Below, one piece after another: positions 52,052 to 62,812 of a stretch of DNA of 64,000 bases. Positions within the stretch are counted from its first letter, which is position 1. Each line of letters opens with the position of its first letter. The notes under the pieces were generated by a model. The model was not told the origin of the DNA, searched no databases, and saw only the letters and a list, made by a program, of their open reading frames with translations. This DNA comes from Mobula hypostoma (Eukaryota), in NCBI RefSeq assembly GCF_963921235.1, contig NC_086097.1, positions 96,536,001 through 96,600,000 on the forward strand, read 5' to 3'. Both the position numbers and the translations under genes were made by a program.

Positions 52052-52515
52052 GGACATTGCTAGGGAGAAGCTGCTTGGGAAGCTGAAAGGTCTGAAAGTA
52101 GATAAGTCACCTGGAGCAGGCGGACTACAACCCAGGGTTCTGAAAGAGCTACCTGAAGAGATTGTGGAGGCATTACTAATGATCTTTCAAGAATCTCTAG
52201 ATTCTGGCATGATTCCAGAGGTCTTGAAAATTGCAAATATCATTCCATTCTTCAAAAAGGGAGGGAGGCAGAAGAAAGGAAATTACAGGCCAGTTATTGA
52301 AACCTATTGAATGTTGAAAGGCCTAGATAAGTGGATGTGAAGAGGATGTTTCCTGTAGTGGTTTAGCCTAGGACCAAAGGGTATATCCTCAGAATAGTAG
52401 GACGTCCATTTTGAACAGAGACAAAGAAATTTATTTAGTCAGAGAGTGGTGAATTTGTGGAATTCCTTGCCATATGTGGCTGTGGAGACCTGGTCATTGG
52501 GTGTAGTTAAGGCAG
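52052..52515 (+). mobile_element. Internally deleted CR1 fragment
   Basis: KSPGAGGLQPRVLKE..KKGNYRPV fused directly to IETY..KGLD and the 3' end. Confidence 0.8.
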
Positions 52516-52848
52516 AGAACTTCTGCAGATAAAACAGATGACACTTCACCACCAAATGTTGCAGGTCAGAGGAGCAGGGCTGAGACAGAGCCACTGTGTC
52601 TGTGCAGCAGGATGAGTTCATAGTGAAGCAAACGTTGCCTCCTCTATCTTTCAGTGATACTACAGTCCTGTCTATATGGTGGAAGGTGAAGCCTTCAGAA
52701 TGCAATGCTGTGTCCAGAGTACTGGGGTGTGTCAAGTCTCTGAAGCACAGTACAGAGCAGTCCTTGATATCCCTCTGGTACTGCAATCTTGCTCTGAAGT
52801 CTTAAGTCTTATTTTCCAGAGATAGTACATTAGCCCACTGGATGGTAT

Positions 52849-54942
52849 TGCGAACAAAATACTCTCAGGCTTCCAGACGAGTATCTATTTTAAATGATGT
52901 TTTGATGACAAACTCTGCCATCTTCATCAGGGATGATGCCTAGGCATGTCTAGTCTGATGGTGTGTGTGTATATATATATCCCTTGACATCTATCCCTCC
53001 TGATTGGTTAGTCCTCATCCAGTCGGACTTCCACTGTCCCACCTTGTTTACAATCGAATTACAGTTCTTACTTAGAACAAGACCTTTGTCTTTGTTAAAA
53101 TTCTTTTTATCCAGTTTTATTTTAATGCCTTCCTTCACCAAGCGGTCCAAAAGCCATTGGGGTAGCACAGTAGTTTTGTGCCGTTGAAGTCAATCCTATG
53201 GCCATTGCGAATGCAATGTTCTGCTACTGCCAATTTCTCTGGGTAATTTTTGCTGCTGCCAATTTCTCCCAAATGGATACACCTCCTGTGCTCCTTGATG
53301 CGAGTTTCCACCATGCGCTCTATCTGGCTGATATAGGCTGCTCCACATTCACAGGGAATGCTGTAAATACTAGCCATCCTGACTTCCAGGTCATCTTTGA
53401 CCTGCATAAGCTGTGCTTCCTTACAGGTTTGTGGATGTATTAATCTGGTATTTTTTCAAGATCCTAGCAATCTTTCCAGAAACTGTGGTATTATAGGGAA
53501 GTTAGGCAGTAGTGACGGGTTCCTCCTCATTGTTAGATTTCCCAGTTTTTCTGTTAGCTCTTTTAAGGGCCTGATTGATTTCTTTCACCTTGTAGCCATT
53601 CTGTAGAAAAGTTGTATGTAATCATCTTATTTTCTCATGGAGTCTCTCCAGGTCTGAAATAATTTTTGCACAGTTAGTCAATGTAGAAAGAACCACTCTA
53701 CATTGGGAGGCATGATGTTGGCTGTTATTGTTGAGGTATAAATCACTGTGAGTGGATTTCCAATAAATGCCATACCTAAGGCTACCATCTGGTTTCCGTG
53801 GTATTAGAACGTCCAGAAATGGCAGCCAACCATTTTTCTCCATCTCCATCATAAACTGAATGTTTGGATGTATACTCTTCAGATGGTCTGTTGGGGTGCC
53901 TAGGGTCCATGCGGCCACACTGCAAAGGTATCATCGACATATCTGAAGAAGCATTTGGAGTGTAAAGGCAATGAACTCAGAGCCCTCTTCTCAAAGTCCC
54001 CCATGTAGAAATCAGCAATAGCCAGCGACAAGGGTGACCCCATGTCCACTCCATCCATTTGTTCATAGCAGTTCCTCTTATAGAGGAAGTATGTTGATGT
54101 AAGGGTGTGTCAAAAAGGTCAATGATACCCTTATGTGAACAGGGACATTACGTCGAAACTGACCATTATGTCCTCCAGAGTCAGCTGGATTCAAGTTATC
54201 GTTTTAACAAAGTCGATCAAATTCATGATGTGATGATCACAATCCCCAACAAAGGGAGGCAGCATGGTCATTAAATACTTATCAAGGTAGTAAGTTGGAG
54301 AATCTATCACACTGACGATAGGCCTCAGGATGTACCCTTGTTGCGTATCTTAGGGAGCCCATAAAATCTTGGTGGTACCAAAGCCCGAGGTAAGTGTGTC
54401 TTGCATATGTCTGCTGGCAGTCCGGATTTCTTCAATAAAGAGGAGGTCATCCTCAACAATCAAATCTGTGGGATCCCACTGTAGGACTCTGTAGGTGGGA
54501 TCGTCCAGAATCTGTTGGACTTTCTTGTGGTATTCCTCTGAGGACATCAGGACTGTGACATGTCCTTTGTCCACTGGTAAAATCATAATGGCTGGGTTTC
54601 GCTGTAGTGCCCGGAAGGCCAGTTGTTCTCCTTCTGTACTGTTTGCTTTCGGCAAAACGGCCATGCAGACCTCTATCCTCACCTCCTCAGCAGTATCCAG
54701 TGGTAGCTTTTGGATTGCTTGCTCTACTCTGCCAATGTAGTCCCGATAAGGTATAGCTCTGGGGTCAGAGTGAAGTTTAACCCCTTGGTGAGGACCGATC
54801 TAGTTGCCGCATCGATACTTTTTCTAGTTTGATTGATGACAATCCTTTCTGTGCCCAATATGGGATGGCTTTACTCTGTTGAGATGGTTTGTTGTATTTC
54901 CTGACCTGCCTCACAGAGTTCCTTTGTGAAACTCATTCACCT
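52849..54942 (-). mobile_element. Poseidon-like Penelope element (RT plus GIY-YIG), degenerate
   Basis: ILPVDKGHVTVLM, MGSPLS, HPNIQFMME..LPFLDV and IYSIPCECGAAYISQ..RIKEH; 10-bp TSD TGGATGGTAT at 52839-52848 and 54943-54952. Confidence 0.88.
52896..52930 (-). ncRNA. Decayed hammerhead ribozyme in the terminal repeat of the Poseidon-like element
   Basis: Minus strand CTGATGA-A-GATGGCA-GAGTT-TGTCATC-AAAA-CATC; 7-bp stem II; two G-to-A changes at CpG sites separate it from GAAACGTC. Confidence 0.6.
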
Positions 54943-55083
54943 TGGATGGTATAGATAGGGACCTCAGGGGCCTACGTTTCAAACTTACTTGCAGCTCCTC
55001 ACACTTTCCATGTTTCCATTTTCATCTGCAGTTGGGAATCTGCCGATTTTGAGGACTGATAGATTTTTAAGCATCTTAAAACA

Positions 55084-58000
55084 ATGAAGATGCTTCGCTC
55101 CGTAGGGTTGATTCTGGTCAGAAGGGGATCCCTGACCGTCATCAAGTTACTGCTCATAAAATTCAAGTAACACAAAAGAAAATTATTGCCACTTGGAATG
55201 TAAGAACCCTATATCAAGCAGGAAGATTGGACAATGTGATAAATGAAATGGAAAGACTAAAGATTAACATCATGGGAATTAGCGAAGTTCATTGGATAAG
55301 TGCTGGAACATACCAGAATAGAAATAAAACACTAATTTATTCTTGTGGAATATCCCATACTAATGGAGTAGGAATTCTTATGGATGACAACATGCAAAAA
55401 GTGTTTGAGGACATTGGGCAATATCAGAAAGAGTGCTCCTTGTTAGATTCAGAGGACAACCATTTGATTCAGCAATTATACAGGTATAAGCACCAACAAC
55501 AGATGGAACAAATGAAGATATAGATAAATTCTATGAAGAGCTTGAACAAGTAAAGAATGGATGCAAATCTCAAGATATTGTTATTGTCATGGGAGATCTA
55601 AATGTTAAAGTAGGACAAGTTGTTGACGGAAACACCATAGGAAAATTTGGACTGGGAGAAAGAAATGAAAGAGGTGAGAAATGGGTAGAATGGTGCAAGA
55701 TGAATAATCAGGACATTATGAATACCTACTTTAAAAACCATCCAAGACGCTTGTGGACCTGGAAAAGTCCAGGTGATAACACCAGAAATCAAATTGACTT
55801 TATTACTATAAACCAAAGATTTAGAAACTCAATGACTCAATGCAAAACATATACAGGTGCAGACTGTAATAGTGACCATAACTCGGTAGTGTGTCATGTA
55901 AAATTAAAACTTAAAAAACTAAAGCAGCAAAAACCTGAACAATCCCTTGACTACTTGCAATTAATTAAAGAAGAAAATTTAAGACAAAAATTTACAATTG
56001 AAGTAAGGAATAGATTTCAAAGTCTAGAAATAGAATCTGTTGAAGATGATAGCAATCATGTAGAAATCAAATTTAACTCTCTAAAGGATGCCTTGGTAGA
56101 ATCAGCAAAGTCAGTGATTCATAAAAAAGGAAAAAGCACAAAGAATAAATGGATGACAGATGAAATCAAAAATCTGATGGAAGAAAGGAGACAGAAGAAA
56201 GCAAATCCTATAGAATATAAGTCCTTAGATAAAAAAGTTAAAAGCTTATGTCAAAAAGCCAAAGAAGAATAGATAAATCAGGAATGTGAACAAGCAGAAA
56301 GAATCCCTATTACAAAAAGGTTACATCAACAAATCAAGAATATCACAGGTAGAAAGCTCCTCTGTTCTTCAGGTGGATATTTGAAAGCAAAGGACGGTAC
56401 CATTATCATGGAAAAAGATGAGATTATAAACAGATGGACTGAGTATATTGAGAAACTGTTTGAAGACGATCGAGGTGAAAAACCAGAAATTAAGAAAAAC
56501 ATTGAAGGTCCAAGTATTTTAAAATCTGAAGTTCGTTATGCAATAAATAAGATGAAGAAAGGAAAGACAGCAGGTCCTGATGAATTAGTAATAGAACAAA
56601 TTATCACCCTTGAAGATTATGTAATTGAAAAACTTACTGATTTAATCAATGACATTTATGAGACTGGAATAATACCAGGAGAGATGAAAAAATCGGTATT
56701 TATCACTCTTCCTAAGAAACCTGGAGCAATAGAATGTGAATTACACAGGACCATAAGTTTAATGAGTCAAATCAACAAGATACTTCTAAGAATTTTGATG
56801 ACAAGAGGTAAAGTAGGATACAAGCTGAAATAGGTAAAGAACAATGTGGTTTTGTGAAAGACAAAGGTACAAGAAATGCAATATTAATGTTAAGGATACT
56901 ATTAGAATGAACTATTCAAGTGCAAAAAGATTTGTTTGTTTTATTGACTACACAAAAGCATTTGATAAAGTGAAGCACAATAAGTTATTTGAAATATTAC
57001 AGAAAACTCTAGATCTGGATTCAAAAGACCTCCGCCTAATGAGAAATCTGTACTGGGAACAAACTGCCACTGTAAGAATAGATGGAGAAGTGAGTCAGTT
57101 TACGAAAATCAAGAGAGGCGTTAGACAAGGGTGTGTTTTCTCCCCTGATATATTTAATATGTACAGTGAAACAGTATTACAAAAAATAAGAGACATCCTG
57201 GGAATCAAATTTGGCAGTGAAAACATCAATAATTTCAGATACGCAGATTACACTGTGTTAATTGCAAGTACGGAGGAAGAACTACAAAACTTAATTGATA
57301 TAGTTGTTGAAGAAAGTGCAAAAATGGGTCCATCTATCAATTGGAAAAAGGTAGAATGTATGGTGATATCCAAAAAGAAGGAGAATCCTATCTGCAGGCT
57401 AAGAATAAACGGGGAAGACACAACAAGTACAGAACTTTTGCTACTTAGGAAGCTGGGTGAGATCAGATGGCGGGTACGACATGGACATCAAAAGAAGAAT
57501 AGGGATGGCAAAACACATAAAAATTGCTGGTGAACGCAGCAGACTAGGTAGCATCTATAGGAAGAGGTACAGTTGACGTTTCGGGGCGAGACCTTTCATC
57601 CTGACGATGGGTCTTGGCCTGAAACGTCGACTGTCCCTCTTCCTATAGATGCTGCCTGGCATGCTGCTGCATTCACCAGCAATTTTTATGTGTGTTGCCT
57701 GAAATTACAACATCTGCAGATTTCCTCGTGTTTAGGGATGGCAAAAGACACCTTTACGAGAATGAACAGTATACTAACCAATACTAAACTAGGCATGACA
57801 ACCCGCCTTAGAGTACTGAAATGTTACGTTTATCCAGTTATGTTATATGGCTCAGAATGTTGGACAATATCTTGTAACATGAGGAAATGAATTGAAGTAG
57901 CAGAGATGTGGTTTTTGAGGAGAATGCAAAGAATATCATGGATGAAACAAATATCTAACGAGGATGTCATGAACAGAGCAAGCACAAAAAGAGAAATAAT

Positions 58001-58256
58001 GTATGAGATCATGAAAAGGCAACGTAACTTCATTGGACATGTGATTAGGAAAGAGTAGTTCGAATGCATCGTAATTATGGGAAAGATTGAAGGGAAGAAA
58101 GCAAGAGGAAGACAAAGACAAATGATGATGGAGGCAGCAGCTAGAGAACTGGAAATGAATACCAATGAATTGACCCACTTGACCCGAAACAGGAGTGTGT
58201 GGGCCATGGCAGTCAAAGCTCAAACTGGGCACGGCACCTGATGATGATGATGATGA
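55084..58256 (+). mobile_element. Near full-length RTE-clade LINE (APE plus RT), disrupted
   Basis: ATWNVRTL..GISEV, MGDLNVKVG, NQIDFI..SDH, FIDYTKAFDKV, GVRQGCVFSP, RYADY and YGSECWT; (TGA)6 tail at 58239-58256; possible TSD AAAACA(A/G)TG. Confidence 0.92.
57514..57732. mobile_element. Fold-back Penelope mini-element nested in the RTE
   Basis: Inverted arms of about 87 nt meeting at CTGACGATGGGTCTTGGCCTGAAACGTC; 14-bp TSD TAGGGATGGCAAAA at 57500-57513 and 57733-57746. Confidence 0.92.
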
Positions 58257-58399
58257 AAACAGTGTTGCTTCCTGAAGTACCCATGGCTGTGACTGAATTT
58301 CCACTGCAGTGGTCATAAATGGGAATAAAGAGCTGTCACCTTCTGGTGCATCCTTTAAAAAGATAGATTTTTGGATACTATAAAGATAGATTTTTGGAG

Positions 58400-58870
58400 T
58401 ATGGAATGGAAAAATCTACAGAAGGTGGTGGGCACAGCCCAGTTCATCAAAGGCAAAGCCCTCCTCACCATGGAGTACATATATTGGGAGAACTGCCACA
58501 AGAGAGAAGCAACTGTCATCAAGGAACCTGACTATCCAGGCCATGTTCTTTTCTCATTACTACCATCAAGCAGGAGATACAGTCTCACACCACCAAGTTC
58601 AAAACAGTCATTAGCCTACAGCCATCAGACTCCTGAACCAGCATGGATAGCTACAAGTACCACAACTCTGAACTGAGGCTCACTTTCAATTCTTTTTACA
58701 ACTCATGTTCTCGGTATTATTTTTTTTGTTTGCACAGTTTGTGTTTTGTTGTACATTGGTTGCTTGTCAGTCTTTGTTTATGCTTCTTTATTTTCCTGTA
58801 AATGCCTGGAAGAAAATTAATCTCAAGATAGTACAATAAATGATACAATGAATGTACTTCACAATTAAAT
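58400..58870 (+). mobile_element. Rex1/Babar-like 3' fragment
   Basis: LQKVVGTAQFI..PGHVLFSLLPSSRRY. Confidence 0.75.
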
Positions 58871-59099
58871 TTTACTTTGACATTGACACAAGCTACCCTA
58901 AAAAGCCATCTCAAGGACATTCCACGAATTCCTTCAGGTGGGATCCAGCACCAACCTGATTTTCCCAAACTACTTGTGTATAGAAATCTCCATGACTATC
59001 ATAATATTGACCTTTTTTACATGCCTTTTCTATCTTCTGTTGTGATTTGTACCACACACCCTGACTACTATTTAGAGGCCTGTATGTAGCTCCTGGGTG

Positions 59100-59450
59100 G
59101 TGGGGTGGCAATCTCTACCAAGGAAGTTTCAGGGGCTCCTTGCCTCTGCTAGCCTGCGGTCAGCCTTGGGCAAGGTGTAGCACCTGCTTAGCCCCCTAAT
59201 CCAGGGTCACTGAGCCATGGGAGCAAGTGATGGATGGTTATTTGAGTAGCTGGTGTATATCACAAATCTTGGTTATGTGACCACTGACACCAGGCAGTCA
59301 ATGAAGACTGGGGTCGCCCATCTTGTAAAAACACTGCCCAGAAGAAGCCAATGGCAAACCACTTCTGTAGAAAAATTTGCCAGGTACAATCATGGTCATG
59401 AGACCATGTCTGCCAACGTCATACAACACAGCATGTAATGATGATGAGGA
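59100..59450 (+). mobile_element. RTE-dependent non-autonomous/SINE-like element
   Basis: Contains GAAGCCAATGGCAAACCAC (Bov-A/RTE-type motif) and ends ACACAGCATGTAATGATGATGA, resembling the tail of the RTE at 58230-58256. Confidence 0.55.
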
Positions 59451-60269
59451 TGAAAGACTCCTATCAAGGTCTTTTTACTCTTGCAATTTTTTAATTCAGC
59501 TCACAAGGATTCTAAGTCTTCTGATCCTATACCACTCCTTTCTAAGGATTTGATTTCAATTTTTACCAACAGAGCCATCCTATAAGTAAAAGATTACTGC
59601 CTCTTCTGTGTCCCATGATTCAAACAACATTCCTCTCTTCAGCACATCACTGCTCTTCCACAATTTGATGATAAATCACTGGTGCACTGCAGGGAGAGCT
59701 GCAGGAGCTTTTGACATAAAACTTGTTTGCAGACTAGGCATTTCTGAAAGTCTGAATTATGCTAAGGCCCAAACAGTAGATAGCGAATTTCTGACTATCA
59801 GTCAATTCAACTTGACCAAAGTACCCTTAAAATAAGTCATTTCCTTCTCCTTCTAGCACATAACCATCATCACCACACCCATTTTTCACACTTCCAAACT
59901 ACTACCAGATCCAATGATACTGACTTTCGTGCAGATGTTGGAACAATAGAGAATTCATGAACTATTCTCCAGCAGACTTCTTGAATGTTCAATTCTTTCA
60001 TAGACACACAAAATCTGACCATTACACTGAGATTCTGACTAAGTAGCTTAAGGAGCCAATCAAAAACCTAGCTCTAAAAATCTACAGCGGGTCGGAGAAG
60101 GTGAAATGGAGATGCAAAACAAGAAAAAGAGACTTCACACTACCTGGACTGCAAAAATATGGTCTTTCAGTCATTCATCAACATTTGGTCAAAATACTGG
60201 TGTACCTTCACTATCAAAATCACAGTGGCACTGAAGTTAGCTCCAGTGAGCTAGTTTCAGTTTTGATCT

Positions 60270-60545
60270 TAACACAAGAGGTTCTGCAGATGCTAGAAAT
60301 CCAGAGCAACACACATTAAATGCTAGAGGAATTCAGCAGGTCAGGCCACATCAGGCCTAGACGGCCCCAACCGATTTGCAGATGAAGTGTTGCCACACCT
60401 GGAAGGACTGTTTGGGACCTTTAATGGAAGTGAGGGAGGAGGTGAATGGGCAGGTGTAGCACTTCTGCAACTACAGGGACATGTTCCAGGAGGTACATTA
60501 GTGAGGAGGGACAAATCGACAAGGAAATCTCTGCAGAAAGTGGAG
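60270..60545 (-). mobile_element. Neptune-like Penelope fragment
   Basis: Terminal-repeat tail (AACACAAGAGGTTCTGCAGATGCT..) fused to PGTCPCSCRS linker-like sequence. Confidence 0.7.
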
Positions 60546-60841
60546 AATGGGGTAACTAACGGTGTGTTTGGTGGTAGGATCCCTCTACGTGGCATAAGAT
60601 GGCCTATTTTTCTAAAAATTACTTTGTTTCCCTGGATTTCAACCATAGAAGCTTTCTTTTTCAGAATTTCTTGTAGACATTGTTTTTCTGACTTACTGTT
60701 CTTTCACTTTAGTGAGTGGCTGAGTCAGGTATCTACTTTTAATAACATGATTCAGCAAGCTTCATCTAATTCTTTCATCCCTTCTGCATATTTCCACCAG
60801 TTATAATATTTTAGGAATATAGATCTTCCAATTAAGATCAT

Positions 60842-61124
60842 TGATAGCCCACTATACCCTTTGAGATTACAGATCGTACAGATTTATAATGATAATCCAC
60901 TATACCGTTTGAGATTACAGATTGTACAGATTTATGATAGCCCACTATATCTCTTTGAGATTACAGGTTGTACAGATTTATAATGATAGCCCACTATATC
61001 CCTTTGAGATAACAGATTGTACAGGTTTATGATAGCCCATATATCCCTTGAGATTACAGATTGTACAGATTCATAATGATAACCCACTATATCCCTTTGA
61101 GATTACAGATTGTACAGATTTATA
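60842..61124. repeat. Minisatellite, six units of 45-49 bp
   Basis: Consensus TGATAGCCCACTATATCCCTTTGAGATTACAGATTGTACAGATTTA(TAA); units start at 60842, 60890, 60935, 60984, 61030 and 61077. Confidence 0.95.
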
Positions 61125-62289
61125 CTTCTACTTTCCAGATGTTGTGGATGCCAAAATTTGTACTGCCAGATCTGCTCAATCTATCCATTCTAACGAAAAT
61201 GTAATGCACACAAAGCAATGCAGACTATTGTTTGGGTGAAGACAGGACTTTGTCTCCATGAAGACCATACGGTTGTCACCTTCAACCAATGTTTTCATGG
61301 ACAGGTGCATTTTCCACTAGTACATTGCCGAGGATGAGGTCAGGTAAGTTTGTTCCCTGCTTCAGTTCAGTCAGTAGTGGCATATTCTGTGGCCTTGCTA
61401 TTTTTCATGCTTTTTTTCTAAGTGTTTTTCCAAGAGGAACCCAGCTGAGAGAGGATGGTGGGTGGTAATCAGAATGAGGTTTCCTTGCCCACTTTTGAAC
61501 TGATGACATGGGGTCTGGAATCAAAGGTAAAGACTCCCAGGTGTATTCCCTTCCAGCTGTACAGTATATTATTCATCTGGTTGTTCTATTGCATTCATAG
61601 GACAAGGCATAGCCAGGGATTATACATGGAGGAATCTGGCACGTTGTCTGTAAGTGTGATTTTATGATGAATACTATGTCAGACAAGTGCTAACTAGTAG
61701 GTAGAACTACTCCCCAAATGTAGACATCTGCTTGTCACAAGAACTTAGGGAGAGACTGTGACTGAATGTGGTGTGTAGGTAGATGCACAATGGTCCATTC
61801 AATCTTATTCTTTTTCTATTTCATTCAAGTGTTAAAGGTACAATTGAGTGGCTCATTTAGTAATTTCAAGGAATACTTGAGATTTGTTAAATGAACTAGG
61901 CGTAAAACAGGACTGTTAAAATTGTTGAGAGAAACAATCTATTCAAAAATGTGTTAGCCTAGTAGATAGTAAGTTGAAAGCAAATACCGTATATAGATAG
62001 AGGGTCTGGAGATTGGGAAGGGGTCTGGTATGAGACATGCAGGAAAGATTAGATTAGGAAAGATGTTTATTTGAATTAGGAAAATAATCCTGTAATACAA
62101 TAATAAATAAGCAGAATATTGTGGAAATTAACACCTGAAACAAAAGCAGAAAACACCATGTAGTTATAAATTGTTCATCAATATAGCATAAAGTACAGTG
62201 AATGACAGAATAATATTATAGTAAACAATTCTAACACTTTTTACCTGAATAGTATTTCAGGTGTGTTATGTAAGCATTGAAATTTAATA

Positions 62290-62812
62290 TTAGAATCATC
62301 GAATAATACAGCACAGAAACAGGCCTTTTGGTCCAACTCGTCCGTGCCAACTAAGAAGCACAGCAAATGGTCCCATTTAACCTATGTCCCTCTAAGTCCT
62401 TCCTAGCCATGTGCCTGCAAGTTTCTTTTAAGTGTCCTAAAGAAGGGTCTCAGCCCAGAATATCGACCATTTACTCATTGCCATAAATGTTGCCTGATCT
62501 GCTAAGTTCCTCCAGTATTTTGTGCCTCAACCACTTCTTTAGCAGCTCGTTCCATGTATATACCACCCTCTGCATGATGAAATTGCCACTTAGGTTCCTT
62601 TCAAACCTTTGCCTTCTAAACATATGCCTGTTAGTTTTTGATACCTTTTCTCTAGGGAAAAAACTGTTGTTTCTCTCTATGTCCCTCATATTTTTATATA
62701 CAGTACCTCTGTAAAGTCAACCCTTAGTCTCTTATGCTCCTAGGAATAATGACCTAGCCTGCCTAAACTCTTCCTTGAACTCAGACTCTTATGTCCTGGT
62801 AAAATTCTTGTA
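62290..62812 (-). mobile_element. CR1 3' end with a nested Penelope terminal-repeat fragment (about 62432-62525)
   Basis: FIMQRVVYTWNEL on the minus strand; insert GTCCTAAAGAAGGGTCTCAGCCC..GCTAAGTTCCTCCAGTATTTTGTG. Confidence 0.7.

Larger units (their letters stand above)
52520..58350 (-). mobile_element. Rex1/Babar-like LINE 5' region, split by two large insertions
   Basis: Pieces at 52520-52848, 54953-55083 and (tentatively) 58257-58350; the first two rejoin to read LQVSLKRRPL../ANVLSLENK..RARLQYQRDIKDC, an endonuclease N-terminus. Confidence 0.7.

Noticed and set aside
47605..58256. Active autonomous LINE or Penelope copies
   Set aside because: Every element has stops, frameshifts, truncation or nested insertions.
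60842..61124. CRISPR-like array
   Set aside because: Units are contiguous with no unique spacers, the context is vertebrate and there are no cas genes; it is a minisatellite.
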